DNA of 61,654 bases from Rubritepida sp. (lineage in GTDB: Bacteria > Pseudomonadota > Alphaproteobacteria > Acetobacterales > Acetobacteraceae): contig JBEQBS010000001.1 of NCBI GenBank assembly GCA_041639675.1, positions 1 through 61,654 of the forward strand. The letters are read 5' to 3'. Both the position numbers and the translations under genes were made by a program. Positions 1 through 9,263 of this stretch are shown piece after piece. The notes below the pieces were generated by a model. The model ran no database searches and had not been told where the DNA came from. It saw only the letters and a program-made list of their open reading frames with translations. The number at the start of each line of letters is the position of its first letter. Within the stretch, counting starts at the first letter, position 1.

Positions 1-82
1 CGCCCGGCATGTCCGGGAAGGAGCGGCCCATGGCCTCCGGGTGGGGCGGGCGTGGATGGGTGCGGTCGAGGCGCGGCATCGC

Positions 83-1048
83 TCAGCCCTCCGCCGTGAT
101 GCCGGCCTCGCGGATCAGCACGGCCAGCGCCTCCCGCTCGCGCTCCAGGTGGCGGGCGAACTCGGCGGGCGGGGAGCCGAGCGGGATGGTGCCGATGCCC
201 TCCATCCGGCCGCGCACCGTGGCGTCGCCCAGCGCCTCGGCGAAGGCGGCGTGCAGGCGGGCGACGGCCTCGGGCGGGGTGCCGGCAGGGGCGAAGAGGC
301 CGTTCCACTCCTCCAGCACCACGCCGGGCAGGCCGGCCTCGGCGAAGGTCGGCACCTCGGGCAGGGAGGGGATGCGGGCCGCCGAGGCGGCGGCATAGCC
401 GCGCAGCCGGCCGTCGCGCACCAGGGCGGAGGCGGTGTTGACCGTGGCGATGGCGAAGGCGACCTCCCCGGTCAGCACGCCCTGCATGGCGGCGGAGCCG
501 CCGCGGTAGGGCACGTGCTCCATCCCCTCGATGCCGGCGGCGCGCAGCGCCATGACGGCGGCCAGGTGCTGGCCGGTGGCGTTGCCGGAGGAGCCGAAGG
601 CCAGCCGCGCCGCCTGGGCGCGGGCATGGGCGATGAAGGCCGCCAGGTCCGGCGGGCCGGAGAGCGGGGCGATCATCACCTGCGGCAGGCGGGTGAGCTG
701 CGAGATGGGCGCGAAGCCCTGCGCGTAGTCGAAGGGCAGGCCGCGCAGGATGGAGGGGTTCACCACATGCGCCATGGCGTCCACCAGCACGGTGTGCCCG
801 TCCGGCGCGGCGCGCGCGACCTCGGCCGCGCCGATGGAGCCGGAGGCGCCGGCGCGGTTCTCCACCACGATGGGCTGGCCCAGGATGCGCTGGAGCGGGC
901 CGGCCAGCAGCCGGGCCGTGGTGTCGGTGCCGCCCCCGGGCGGATAGGGCGAGACGATGCGCAGCGGCCGGCTGGGCGCCCAGCCCTGGGCGCGGGCAAG
1001 GGCGGGTGCGGCCAGCAGGGCCAGGGCGAGGCGGCGCGTGGCGGGCAT
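83..1048 (-). CDS. Bug/TctC tripartite tricarboxylate transporter substrate-binding protein
   Basis: Signal peptide (MPATRRLALALL), PYPPGGGTD, VENRAGASG, PDGHT, HVPYRG and PEVPT motifs; ATG at 1048 follows an AGGAGG RBS. Confidence 0.92.
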   Translation of the reverse strand: MPATRRLALALLAAPALARAQGWAPSRPLRIVSPYPPGGGTDTTARLLAGPLQRILGQPIVVENRAGASGSIGAAEVARAAPDGHTVLVDAMAHVVNPSILRGLPFDYAQGFAPISQLTRLPQVMIAPLSGPPDLAAFIAHARAQAARLAFGSSGNATGQHLAAVMALRAAGIEGMEHVPYRGGSAAMQGVLTGEVAFAIATVNTASALVRDGRLRGYAAASAARIPSLPEVPTFAEAGLPGVVLEEWNGLFAPAGTPPEAVARLHAAFAEALGDATVRGRMEGIGTIPLGSPPAEFARHLEREREALAVLIREAGITAEG

Positions 1049-1174
1049 GGGCGTGTCCTCCTGTTGTGGCGGATGGGTGTAGGGCAGCCGATGACTTTGT
1101 ATCAAGATGCCTTGAAGGACAATAATGCTGTTCGCGGACTTGCCCACCCTGAGGCGGCGCGCCACAAGGCGGGG

Positions 1175-2068
1175 ATGAGCGAGCTACACGTCCTGCTGGC
1201 GCACCGCGTGCTGGACCACCTGCGCCGCGCCGCCCTGCCCGCGGGCCATCACCTGACGGAACAATCGCTGGAGGCGGTGCTGGGCGCTTCGCGCTCGCCC
1301 ATCCGCGGCGCGCTGGCGCAGCTGGCCCGGGCCGGCGTCATCCGCGCCGAGCCGCCGCGGCGCGGCTGGTTCCTGGCCCACCCTGCGGCGGAGCTGCCGG
1401 ACCCCGCCGCCCTGCTGCCCGCCCCGGCGGAGGAGGCAGCCTACCAGGCCCTGGCGCGGGACCGGCTGGCCGGCCGCCTGCCCGCCACGCTGAGCGAGAC
1501 GGAGGGGATGCGCCGCACCGGGCTGACGCGCGACCGCCTGCGCCGCGTGCTGGAGCGCGCCGCGCAGGAGGGCTGGATCGAGCGCCGCCCCTCCAAGGGC
1601 TGGGCCTTCCTGCCGATGATTGACGGCCCGGACTCCTACGCCGAGAGCTATGCCCTGCGCCGCGCGCTGGAGCCGGCGGCGATGATGATGGACAGCTTCG
1701 CCATAGACAGCGCCCTGCTGCGCCGCCTGCGGCGGGAGCAGGAGCCGCTGGCGGAGCGCGGCTGGCGCGAGGCCGCGCCCGCCATCCTCTACGCCGCCAA
1801 CGCCGCCTTCCATGAGGGGCTGGCGCGGCTGTCGGGCAACCGCTTCGTGGTGCAGGCGATGATGCGCCAGAACCAGCTGCGCCGCCTGGTGGAATACGAG
1901 GAGATCGCCGACCGCGACCGCGTGCGCCGGCAATGCCTGGAGCACCTGGAGATCCTGGCGCTGCTGGAGCGCGGGGAGCGGGCGGCCGCGGCGGCGCTGC
2001 TGGCGCGCCACCTGGAGCAGGCGGGCAAGGAGAAGGTGGAATGGCTGCGGCGGGGAATGGGCGCGTGA
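1175..2068 (+). CDS. GntR-family regulator (tandem wHTH + FCD domain)
   Basis: LPAGHHLTE..LGASRSPIRGAL wHTH, second HTH-like segment (LSETE..TRDRLRRVL), FCD motifs LRRALE, NAAFH, EHLEIL; divergent from the Bug gene. Confidence 0.85.
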   Translation: MSELHVLLAHRVLDHLRRAALPAGHHLTEQSLEAVLGASRSPIRGALAQLARAGVIRAEPPRRGWFLAHPAAELPDPAALLPAPAEEAAYQALARDRLAGRLPATLSETEGMRRTGLTRDRLRRVLERAAQEGWIERRPSKGWAFLPMIDGPDSYAESYALRRALEPAAMMMDSFAIDSALLRRLRREQEPLAERGWREAAPAILYAANAAFHEGLARLSGNRFVVQAMMRQNQLRRLVEYEEIADRDRVRRQCLEHLEILALLERGERAAAAALLARHLEQAGKEKVEWLRRGMGA

Positions 2069-3114
2069 AGGGATGGCTCGCCATCGTCGGCTGCCGCACG
2101 ACGCGCGAACGCAACGCGCGCGGCACCGGCATCGGGGTGTTCCGGGTGACGGAGGACGGGCCTTGGCAGGAGGTGGCGCGGCTGGACGGGGTGGAGAACC
2201 CCTCCTTCCTCGCCGCCGATGCGGCAGGCCGCACGCTCTGGGCCATCCATGGCGACGGCACGCAAGCATCGGCCTTCCGCATCGGCCCCGGCGGTGAGCT
2301 GGCGCTGCTGAACACGGTGGGCACGGAGGGGCGCAACCCGGTGCACCTGGCGCTGATGCCCGGCGGGCGGCACCTCGCCGTGGCCAACCACTGGACCGGC
2401 ACCGTGGCCGTGCTGGGCATCGCACCCGATGGCGCGCTGCTGCCCGGCCCTGCCCTGCACCCCCTGCCCGGCGAGCCCGGCCCGCACCGCGTCGAGCAGC
2501 CCTTCGCCAAGCCGCACGGCACGCACCTCGACCCCTCCGGCCGCGTGCTGCTGGTGCCCGACAAGGGGCTGGACCGCATCTTCGCCTTCCGCTGGGACGG
2601 CGCGGCGCTGGCGCCCGCCGGCTGGGCCCAGGCGCGCGAGGGGTCGGGGCCGCGCCACGTCGCCATCCACCCCTCCGGCCGCTGGGCGTGGAGCCTGAAC
2701 GAGCTGGACAGCACGGTGCTGGCCATGGCGCTGGACGCGGGGGCCGCCACGCTGCGCCCGGTGCAGGTGGTGCCATCGCTGCCCGACACCTTCACCGGCT
2801 TCTCCCGCGCCGCGGAGGTGGCGATGCCGGCGGATGGCGGCACGCTCTACGTTTCCAACCGCGGGCATGACAGCATCGGCGCCTTCGCGGTGGATGCCGC
2901 CACGGGGCGCCTCGCGCCGCTCGGCTGGTGGCCGACCGGCGGGCGCACGCCGCGTTTCATCGGGCTGACGCCGGATGATGCCTGGCTCTACGCGGCGAAC
3001 GAGGAGGACGACACCATCACCCGCTTCCGCCGCGGCGCCGATGGGCGGCTGCACCCGGAAGGCGAGGCCGCGCAAACGGGTTCGCCCACCTGCATCCTGT
3101 TCGTGCCGGGGTGA
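2065..3114 (+). CDS. Lactonase, 6-phosphogluconolactonase/cycloisomerase beta-propeller family
   Basis: ENPSFL, VANH, KPHG, PDKGLD, GSGPRH, LNELDST, YVSNRGHDSI, TPR motifs; GTG start overlaps the upstream TGA. Confidence 0.9.
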   Translation: MKGWLAIVGCRTTRERNARGTGIGVFRVTEDGPWQEVARLDGVENPSFLAADAAGRTLWAIHGDGTQASAFRIGPGGELALLNTVGTEGRNPVHLALMPGGRHLAVANHWTGTVAVLGIAPDGALLPGPALHPLPGEPGPHRVEQPFAKPHGTHLDPSGRVLLVPDKGLDRIFAFRWDGAALAPAGWAQAREGSGPRHVAIHPSGRWAWSLNELDSTVLAMALDAGAATLRPVQVVPSLPDTFTGFSRAAEVAMPADGGTLYVSNRGHDSIGAFAVDAATGRLAPLGWWPTGGRTPRFIGLTPDDAWLYAANEEDDTITRFRRGADGRLHPEGEAAQTGSPTCILFVPG

Positions 3115-3331
3115 GGCGGGCCGCCCTCACCCTTCCGGCCCGAAGCCGGGGATGCATCCGGCGACGGGGCCGCGAGCACCGTGCGCCGCGGGGACACGCC
3201 GCCGGACGGACAGCCCTCACGCCCGGAGATGCCCTCCCCTGATCCGTGCCCCCCTGGCGGCATGCGCCGGCACGTCGAGCGCAGAGCCTCCTTGGCGGTT
3301 CCGGAGCCGATTGGAGGGCGAGGGCGGAGGA

Positions 3332-3379
3332 TGGCGTCCCCTACGGGATTCGAACCCGTGTTGCCGCCGTGAGAGGGCG
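3332..3379 (-). tRNA. 3' fragment of tRNA-Glu(CTC), integration-site (att) relic
   Basis: Minus strand reads CGCCCTCTCACGGCGGCAACACGGGTTCGAATCCCGTAGGGGACGCCA: anticodon arm with CTC, T-arm GGTTCGAATCC and CCA end. The D-arm and 5' acceptor strand are absent; adjacent to an integrase. Confidence 0.9.
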
Positions 3380-3481
3380 CGAATATCGGCCATCCTACCC
3401 TCCGCCGTTTCCGCCCACATTCGCGGATTTCCGCCATTTTCGGCCCGAAATCGTCATCCTTGTTCGTTGCCATTCCCTGGT

Positions 3482-3505
3482 GCATTCTCGAGAGCATACT
3501 CGAGA
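3482..3505 (+). repeat. Tandem 12-bp direct repeat next to att (possible integrase arm-type sites)
   Basis: GCATTCTCGAGA followed by GCATACTCGAGA (11/12 identical) between the att fragment and the integrase start. Confidence 0.5.
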
Positions 3506-3517
3506 CGGAGACATGGC

Positions 3518-4858
3518 ATGGCCGGTCGTGCCAAGGACGCCCCCATCACCACCCGGAATGCCCGGTCGAAGCTGAAGGCACGGACCAGCCCCTACTTCCG
3601 GCAGTTCGAAGGCACCGTCACGCTGGGCTACTTCAAGCCCGCGACATCGGGCAGGCCGGGCTCCTGGATCGGTCGCCGCCTCCGGGCCGACGGCACATAT
3701 GAAACCTCCAAGCTCGGCACCGCCGACGATGTCCCGGGGTCCCTCGCCGACGGAGAGGCCACGCTGAACTTCGAGCAGGCGCAGGCCGCGCTGCGCGCAT
3801 GGGCGCGGAGCCGCGCGTCCATGGAGCAGGCGGAGCGCGAGGGCAACGTCCCCACCCTGCGCAGCGCCGTCGAGGCATACATCGCCATGCGCGAGCGGCG
3901 CGACCCGGTGGCGGGGCGCGACGCGAGGCTGCGCCTGACCAGGCACGTGCTCGGCTCGCCGATCGCCGGGAAGCGCCTGCCCGAGATCAAGCGCGCCGAC
4001 ATGGTGACGTGGCGATCGGCGCTGATGCGGGGCGGACGCATCGGCGAGGGACGGCCTGCGGCACCCATGGCTCCGAGCACGCTGGGTCGCCTCTTCAACG
4101 ACCTGCGCGCGGCGCTCAACGCCGCCGCGGCGAATAGCCACCTGAACATCGCCCCGCTGCTGACCGTGCTGAAGGCACCGCCCGGCGCCGACGAGGTGCG
4201 CGACATCCAGCTGCTGACCGACGAGCAACTGCTGGCCGTGACGAAAGCCGCCGGAGAGGAGGATCCGGACTTCCACCTGCTGGTCCTCGTGCTGGCGGCG
4301 ACGGGGGCGCGGTTCGGCCAGGTCGCACGCGCCAAGGTGGGCGATTTCCAGCCTGCCCGGCAGCGGCTCCTCGTGCCGGTCAGCCGGAAGGGCAACGGCA
4401 CCAAGGACCGCAAGAAGCCCAGCCAGCCCATCCCCCTGCCCGACACCCTGGTCGCCGCCCTGCAGGCGCATGTCGCCGGTCGTGACGCCAAGGAGCCCCT
4501 GCTGCTCCGTTGGCACCACCGCAAGGTGTCGCCCTCCGCCGAGACCAACTTCCTCACCTGGGTCCGGGACGCGCGCCGCGCCTGGATCAACAGCGCCGAG
4601 ATGACGCGCCCATGGACCGCGACCCTGGAGCGCGCCGGGCTGCCGCGATCCTTCGTGCCCTATGCGCTGCGCCACACGGCGATCGTCCGGGCCTTGCGCG
4701 CGAACGTGCCGATCCGCATCGTGGCGGCCGCGCACGACACCTCGGTGGCGATGATCGAGCGGCATTACTCGGCCTTCGTGGTGGACGCCTCGGAGGAGCT
4801 CCTGCGCCGCGCGATGATGCCGGAGGCGGGAAGCGCAGTGCTGGACCAAGCGGCGTGA
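3518..4858 (+). CDS. Tyrosine recombinase/integrase
   Basis: N-terminal arm-binding-like region; catalytic motifs ATGAR, SRKG, PYALRH, AHDTS and IERHY; GGAG RBS. Confidence 0.92.
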   Translation: MAGRAKDAPITTRNARSKLKARTSPYFRQFEGTVTLGYFKPATSGRPGSWIGRRLRADGTYETSKLGTADDVPGSLADGEATLNFEQAQAALRAWARSRASMEQAEREGNVPTLRSAVEAYIAMRERRDPVAGRDARLRLTRHVLGSPIAGKRLPEIKRADMVTWRSALMRGGRIGEGRPAAPMAPSTLGRLFNDLRAALNAAAANSHLNIAPLLTVLKAPPGADEVRDIQLLTDEQLLAVTKAAGEEDPDFHLLVLVLAATGARFGQVARAKVGDFQPARQRLLVPVSRKGNGTKDRKKPSQPIPLPDTLVAALQAHVAGRDAKEPLLLRWHHRKVSPSAETNFLTWVRDARRAWINSAEMTRPWTATLERAGLPRSFVPYALRHTAIVRALRANVPIRIVAAAHDTSVAMIERHYSAFVVDASEELLRRAMMPEAGSAVLDQAA

Positions 4859-4926
4859 TGTCCGTGATCGCGGACAAGCTTGCGCGGAAACCCCGCATCA
4901 GGTGAAATGTCCGCGTTCACGGACAT
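4859..4926. promoter_or_regulatory. Two HipB-type operators TGTCC-N8-GGACA
   Basis: TGTCCGTGATCGCGGACA (4859-4876) and TGTCCGCGTTCACGGACA (4908-4925) directly upstream of hipB; same geometry as the E. coli hip operator TATCC-N8-GGATA. Confidence 0.75.
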
Positions 4927-4935
4927 CGTCTCATC

Positions 4936-5232
4936 ATGCAGACCACGGGTCACGCCGAACCGACGCCAAGAAGCATCACCGGCCGGGAGGGCAGCGCCGC
5001 CATCCGCACGGCGGTGGAGCTCGGCCACGCCATCCGTGGCGCGCGGCACGACCTCGGCCTGACCCAGCAGGAGGCCGCCGATCGCCTCGGCATCACCCGG
5101 ACGACTCTGATCGGCCTGGAGCGCGGCGCCCGCGGCATCTCGCACCTCACCGTGCTGCACGTCCTGGCCGAGCTCGGCCTCACCCTGACCGTCACGCCCG
5201 CGGCGGCGCCGGACCGGCGCGGGCAGCCATGA
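4936..5232 (+). CDS. hipB: HipB-like XRE antitoxin
   Basis: IRGARHDLGLTQQEAADRLGITRTTLIGLERG HTH_3 signature; ATGA-coupled to hipA. Confidence 0.88.
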   Translation: MQTTGHAEPTPRSITGREGSAAIRTAVELGHAIRGARHDLGLTQQEAADRLGITRTTLIGLERGARGISHLTVLHVLAELGLTLTVTPAAAPDRRGQP

Positions 5233-6611
5233 CGGAAGCCCCGGCCGGAACCCCGTCGCTCGACGTGTGGCTGGCCCCCTCCCCCGTGCCGATCGGCCAC
5301 ATCCGTCCCGCGGAGCCGGGCCGTCCTGGCGCGCGCGCCCTCACCTTCACCTATGCGCCCGGCTATCGCGGCCTCCCGCTCTCCGCCTCCCTGCCCGTCC
5401 GCCCAGAGGCCTGGGCGGACCGAGACTGCCGCGTCTTCTTCGACAACCTGCTGCCGGAGGGCGAGCAGCGCGACGCCGCCGCCGCAAGACACCGCCTGGA
5501 CAGCGACGACGTCTTCGGCCTGCTCGCCCTCCTCGGGGCCGATGCGCCGGGCGCGGTCTCCATCGTGCCCTCGGGCCAAGCCACGCCGAAATCCCCTGGC
5601 CGCCTGCCGGAGGATTACGAGCCGCTGGACGGCGCCTCGCTGGAGGAAGCCGTGCGGGCCGTCGCCGCAGGCAGGGCGCCGGGCCGTGACGGGATGCGCT
5701 TCTCCCTCGCCGGGGTGCAGCGCAAGCTGGCGCTGGCGCGTGAGGGCGGGCGCTTCCTCGTCCCCCGCGGCGGTGCGCCCTCCACGCACATCCTGAAGTT
5801 CGGTGAGGACCGCGAGCCGGGCATCGTCGCCAACGAGTTGCTGTGCCTGCGGGTGTTCCGCGCCCTCGGCCTGCCGGCCGCCGAGGCGGAGGCCGTCGAG
5901 ATCGCCGGCGTCCGGGCCCTGCTCGTCACGCGCTTCGACCGCTTCCGCGAGGGCGCCGTGATCGAGCGCCGCCACCAGGAGGACGCCGCGCAGGCGCTGG
6001 GCATCCCCCGCAGCCTGAAATACGAGGCGCAGGCGCGGGAGGCAGGTCTCGATGCCGGGTTGGGCGCGCTGCTCGGCCGCTTCGCCGGGATGTGCCGGCA
6101 ACCGATCGCCGCGCGCGATGCGCTGCTGCGCGCGACCTTCCTCAACTGGCTGCTGGGCAACAGCGACGCCCATGCCAAGAACTTCGCCTTGCTGCATGGT
6201 GCGCCCGGCACCGCGCCGGGGCTCGCGCCCTTCTACGACATTGTCTGCATCCCGGCGCTCGGCCGCCCCTACAACCTGGCGCCGGCGATGCGGATCGGCG
6301 AGGCCACCTCATGGGAGGACGTGCGCCGGCGCGACTGGGAGGCCGTCGCGCGCCTGGCGCAGCCGCGCGCCGGCGCCGCGGCCCTGCGCCGAATGGTGGA
6401 CCGGCTGTGGCCCCTGGCCGTGGGGCTGCTGCCCGCGTTGGACGGCGTCGTGGCAAGTGGTGCGGTGAGCCGCATGGAGGCGAAGCGTGTCCGCGATTTG
6501 GCCGGCGAACGGCTGCGGCTGGTCAACGCGACGATGGGCTGGGCGGAGGTTCCGGTGGATACCGACGCAGCCTTCAGCAGGCCGACCGGCGGTTGGGCTG
6601 GGACATCCTGA
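5229..6611 (+). CDS. hipA: HipA-family Ser/Thr kinase toxin
   Basis: N-terminal PLSASLP, FFDNLLPEG, GADAPGAV; kinase motifs SLAGVQRK, HILK, TRFDR, HQED, GNSDAHAKN, APFYD. Confidence 0.93.
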   Translation: MTEAPAGTPSLDVWLAPSPVPIGHIRPAEPGRPGARALTFTYAPGYRGLPLSASLPVRPEAWADRDCRVFFDNLLPEGEQRDAAAARHRLDSDDVFGLLALLGADAPGAVSIVPSGQATPKSPGRLPEDYEPLDGASLEEAVRAVAAGRAPGRDGMRFSLAGVQRKLALAREGGRFLVPRGGAPSTHILKFGEDREPGIVANELLCLRVFRALGLPAAEAEAVEIAGVRALLVTRFDRFREGAVIERRHQEDAAQALGIPRSLKYEAQAREAGLDAGLGALLGRFAGMCRQPIAARDALLRATFLNWLLGNSDAHAKNFALLHGAPGTAPGLAPFYDIVCIPALGRPYNLAPAMRIGEATSWEDVRRRDWEAVARLAQPRAGAAALRRMVDRLWPLAVGLLPALDGVVASGAVSRMEAKRVRDLAGERLRLVNATMGWAEVPVDTDAAFSRPTGGWAGTS

Positions 6612-7196
6612 GATTGATCAGCCGCTCGAACGCATCATGCTGCCGGTCGGCCAATGGCAGTCCAAATGTTCGAAGCATGTTCCGCCCGCCAGATGCCAGG
6701 ATTTTCTGCGCGTTTGCCGAAGGCCGTGGCCCGTTTCCATCGTCCTTTCCACCTGCAATTCATTGGCTGGTGAAGAATGTGCTCGAACCGCCGCGAAAAA
6801 GCTGTCGCATCTGGAGTTCCGGCAGACTTGGCGCACAGGCTGGCTCCGCGCGCGTTGCGATCGGATCGCCACGAATTGCGGTGACTCATAAGGGACGTCT
6901 ACGGTCACGGTATCCGTCATTCGATGTCGTCCCTCAAGTCTGACGGTGAGGACGAGGGCAAGGATGGACACCGCAACAGCCACTCGGCTTGAGGGCAAGC
7001 GCCCGGAAGGCGCAGGTCCATTTGCTCAACCCGGCACCGCCGCCACACCTACACGTACGGGCGGCAACGGGCGCCCGCGCGCGAAGCAGCCGCGCAGTTC
7101 ACTTGATGAGCGCACGCGGTCACAGGGCGGCCACCAATGGACGCCTACGATAGAGGCCGGAGAAGTGCGGGACCTTTCGCGGAGCGGCACCCTCGG

Positions 7197-8012
7197 TCAC
7201 TCTGCAGGAGTGTGCCGCTGCGCGATCGTGGCGGGCCGCACCAGGGCCTTTCGTGGCTTGGATGCATTCCGCTTTTCCGGGCGATCCAGCGTACCAAGCA
7301 GGCGCTCGGCATAACACACAGCGGCATCCTTGACCCGCTGCTCCCCCGCCACGCACCAGAGAAGTGCGCCCCATGCCACGAGGGCCATGGCAAGCACGCT
7401 CCGATGCAGCGGCACCGTGAACTGTGGCCCCGTCTGGAACATGACGATTGCGTCGGGCCCTGCCACCGCGATCGCCGACCCCACGGCGACGATCAAGGCG
7501 GGCAGCCTGCAGCCGTGCAGGTTGCGCCAGAACCCGTAGCTGGCGTTCTCCGCCAGCACGAGGTTGTCGGCCGCCTCACGCCGGTTTTCGATGAGCCGCC
7601 GCACCGCGGAGCGGTAGGTCTGGAGCGCTGCGGCAGGATCGGCTGCCTCCTCCTCGGCCGTCGGCATGCGGCGGTGCGGTGTCATGGCCTGGAGTGCCGC
7701 ATGGTACCGGGCCTTGGTCGCCGCATCGATCCTTGGATCGCCATGGCGGAGCAGCAGCTCCGTCGGCATTCCGCCCCACTTGGCGACGAGACGCTCTTGG
7801 GCATGGAGCCCTCGCCCGCGCACCCAGGTTCCGAGAACCCAGGCGAACCCCGCCGCGGCTCCATAGAGCGCGATGTGGCTGACCGACATGGGCGGCAAGA
7901 TCGGCACGTGCACCGCGAGTGCGACCACGGCGGGCAGCACCACCATGACGCCCGGAGTGATCCGGGCACAGAGGTCGTAGCGGTCAAACAACTTCGGCCA
8001 GGGGGGCAGCAT
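7197..8012 (-). CDS. Hypothetical membrane protein (about 4 TM segments), coupled to the MBL gene
   Basis: Two N-terminal and two C-terminal hydrophobic segments flanking a soluble region with WGGMPT and ENASYGFWRNL; ATG overlaps the MBL stop (TGATG). Confidence 0.75.
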   Translation of the reverse strand: MLPPWPKLFDRYDLCARITPGVMVVLPAVVALAVHVPILPPMSVSHIALYGAAAGFAWVLGTWVRGRGLHAQERLVAKWGGMPTELLLRHGDPRIDAATKARYHAALQAMTPHRRMPTAEEEAADPAAALQTYRSAVRRLIENRREAADNLVLAENASYGFWRNLHGCRLPALIVAVGSAIAVAGPDAIVMFQTGPQFTVPLHRSVLAMALVAWGALLWCVAGEQRVKDAAVCYAERLLGTLDRPEKRNASKPRKALVRPATIAQRHTPAE

Positions 8013-9112
8013 CAGTCGTAATCCTCGACCGTCGGGTAGAACGGCAGCGGGGCCGCCGGGCCGTAGCCGGGCCTGGAAGGAAAGCCAGAGCTGTACAGGA
8101 TGTTCGCCCCCCGCGTCGCCACCACCTCCGCGCCGCGGCGGCGGAACGCATTTACGACAACCTTCCGCGGGTGCTTCTCGCCGTCCTTCGGGGCCGAGAC
8201 GACGGCGGTGAACTGGGCCGGCGTGGCCTCCGGCAGCCTGGGCCCGACCAGGCGGTCCAGGATGCTGGGTCCGACGTTGCGGCGGCTGCCGTGGTGCGGG
8301 ACCTGCACCAGGCTGAAGTCGCGGAGCGGCAGGCCGTAGGCCTCCGCGTAGTCCGCGGCGGCGCCGAGCCCGCGGAGCCCAGCATCGGCGGTGAGCAGGA
8401 CGCGGCCGTCGCCGCCGAAGTCGCCATAGAGCACCGTGCTCATCTCGTTGCGGGCGCTCGTCGAGCCCCCATCTCGCAAGGTCTCCCACCGCCAAACCTC
8501 GTCCACGCCTGCCGCCATGGTCAAGAGCCCGCCCATGGCCTTCGTCAGAGCCTCGGCGAGACTCGCCTGAAGGGCCGCCGCGGGCTCGATCTCCAGCATC
8601 TCCAGCATCTCCAGCAGCAGCCGGGGATAGGCGGCCCGCGGCGGCGACAGGACGGTGAACGGGCCGACGAAGCTGCCCTGGAAGGGTTCGAAGATGGGAA
8701 TTCGCCGGCGGTGCGCCTCGGCGACGATAGCGGCAACGAAGGGGCAGTCCTCGCGCAGCCGGTCGGCGATGCCCTGCGCGGTCCGGCGCCCGTCGCCGGC
8801 GAGCCGCTGCACCTCCTCCGCATGGGCCCAGGGCACATGCACATGCACCTGCTCGACGGCGGTCGCCTCCAGGATGGCCAGCGCCCCGGAGGCGTGGTCG
8901 GCATCGGGGTGCGACACCAGCAGCTCATGCACCACCGGGACGGCTTCCCCGGTCAGGCCCTGCAGCAGTCGGACCAGGGCATCACCCGAATCCTGGGTGC
9001 CGCCGTCAATGACCATGACGCGGGGGGCCTGGGGCTGCCCGTAGCGGATGAGGATGCAGTCGCCGGCCCGGGATGCTTCGCCCACCGCCAGGAACTCGAT
9101 TTCGAAAGCCAT
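8012..9112 (-). CDS. ComEC/Rec2-like metallo-beta-lactamase-fold hydrolase (probable nuclease)
   Basis: GDCILI, VIDGG, SHPDADH, NEMS, LLTAD, VPHHGS and KHP motifs; no ComEC membrane domain. Confidence 0.88.
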   Translation of the reverse strand: MAFEIEFLAVGEASRAGDCILIRYGQPQAPRVMVIDGGTQDSGDALVRLLQGLTGEAVPVVHELLVSHPDADHASGALAILEATAVEQVHVHVPWAHAEEVQRLAGDGRRTAQGIADRLREDCPFVAAIVAEAHRRRIPIFEPFQGSFVGPFTVLSPPRAAYPRLLLEMLEMLEIEPAAALQASLAEALTKAMGGLLTMAAGVDEVWRWETLRDGGSTSARNEMSTVLYGDFGGDGRVLLTADAGLRGLGAAADYAEAYGLPLRDFSLVQVPHHGSRRNVGPSILDRLVGPRLPEATPAQFTAVVSAPKDGEKHPRKVVVNAFRRRGAEVVATRGANILYSSGFPSRPGYGPAAPLPFYPTVEDYD

Positions 9113-9203
9113 GATGCGCTCCGTCGCACTTCGCGCGACGGCACCACGCCGCCCGCCACCCAGACGATGGCGAGCACCCCTCCTAAATTCAAGATCCGTG
9201 ACT

Positions 9204-9240
9204 TCGTAGTTGCCTACGACTCGTCTGTAGGATTATACGA
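9204..9240. promoter_or_regulatory. Palindromic operator-like sites in the divergent MBL / R-M promoter region
   Basis: TCGTAG-TTGC-CTACGA (9204-9219) and a weaker copy CTGTAG-GATT-ATACGA (9225-9240) in an AT-rich gap. Confidence 0.45.
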
Positions 9241-9263
9241 TATTGAAATCAGCAGGAACACCC

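Noticed and set aside
2065-3114. Lactonase as the missing carboxymuconate cyclase for the island PcaHG
   Set aside because: It lies outside the att boundary, in a GntR-coupled host unit, and has no shared operator
3332-3410. Complete tRNA-Glu gene
   Set aside because: Sequence beyond 3379 has no D-arm and no 5' acceptor strand complementary to GGGGAC; it is a fragment only
6612-7196. ORFs at 6618-6998 and 6635-6889, or a third gene of the MBL-TM operon
   Set aside because: No recognisable motif, atypical codons and no coupling to the TM gene; may be a decayed gene but cannot be supported
8012-9112. Antibiotic beta-lactamase or competence ComEC
   Set aside because: No signal peptide and no ComEC membrane domain; motifs match the stand-alone ComEC-like nuclease branch
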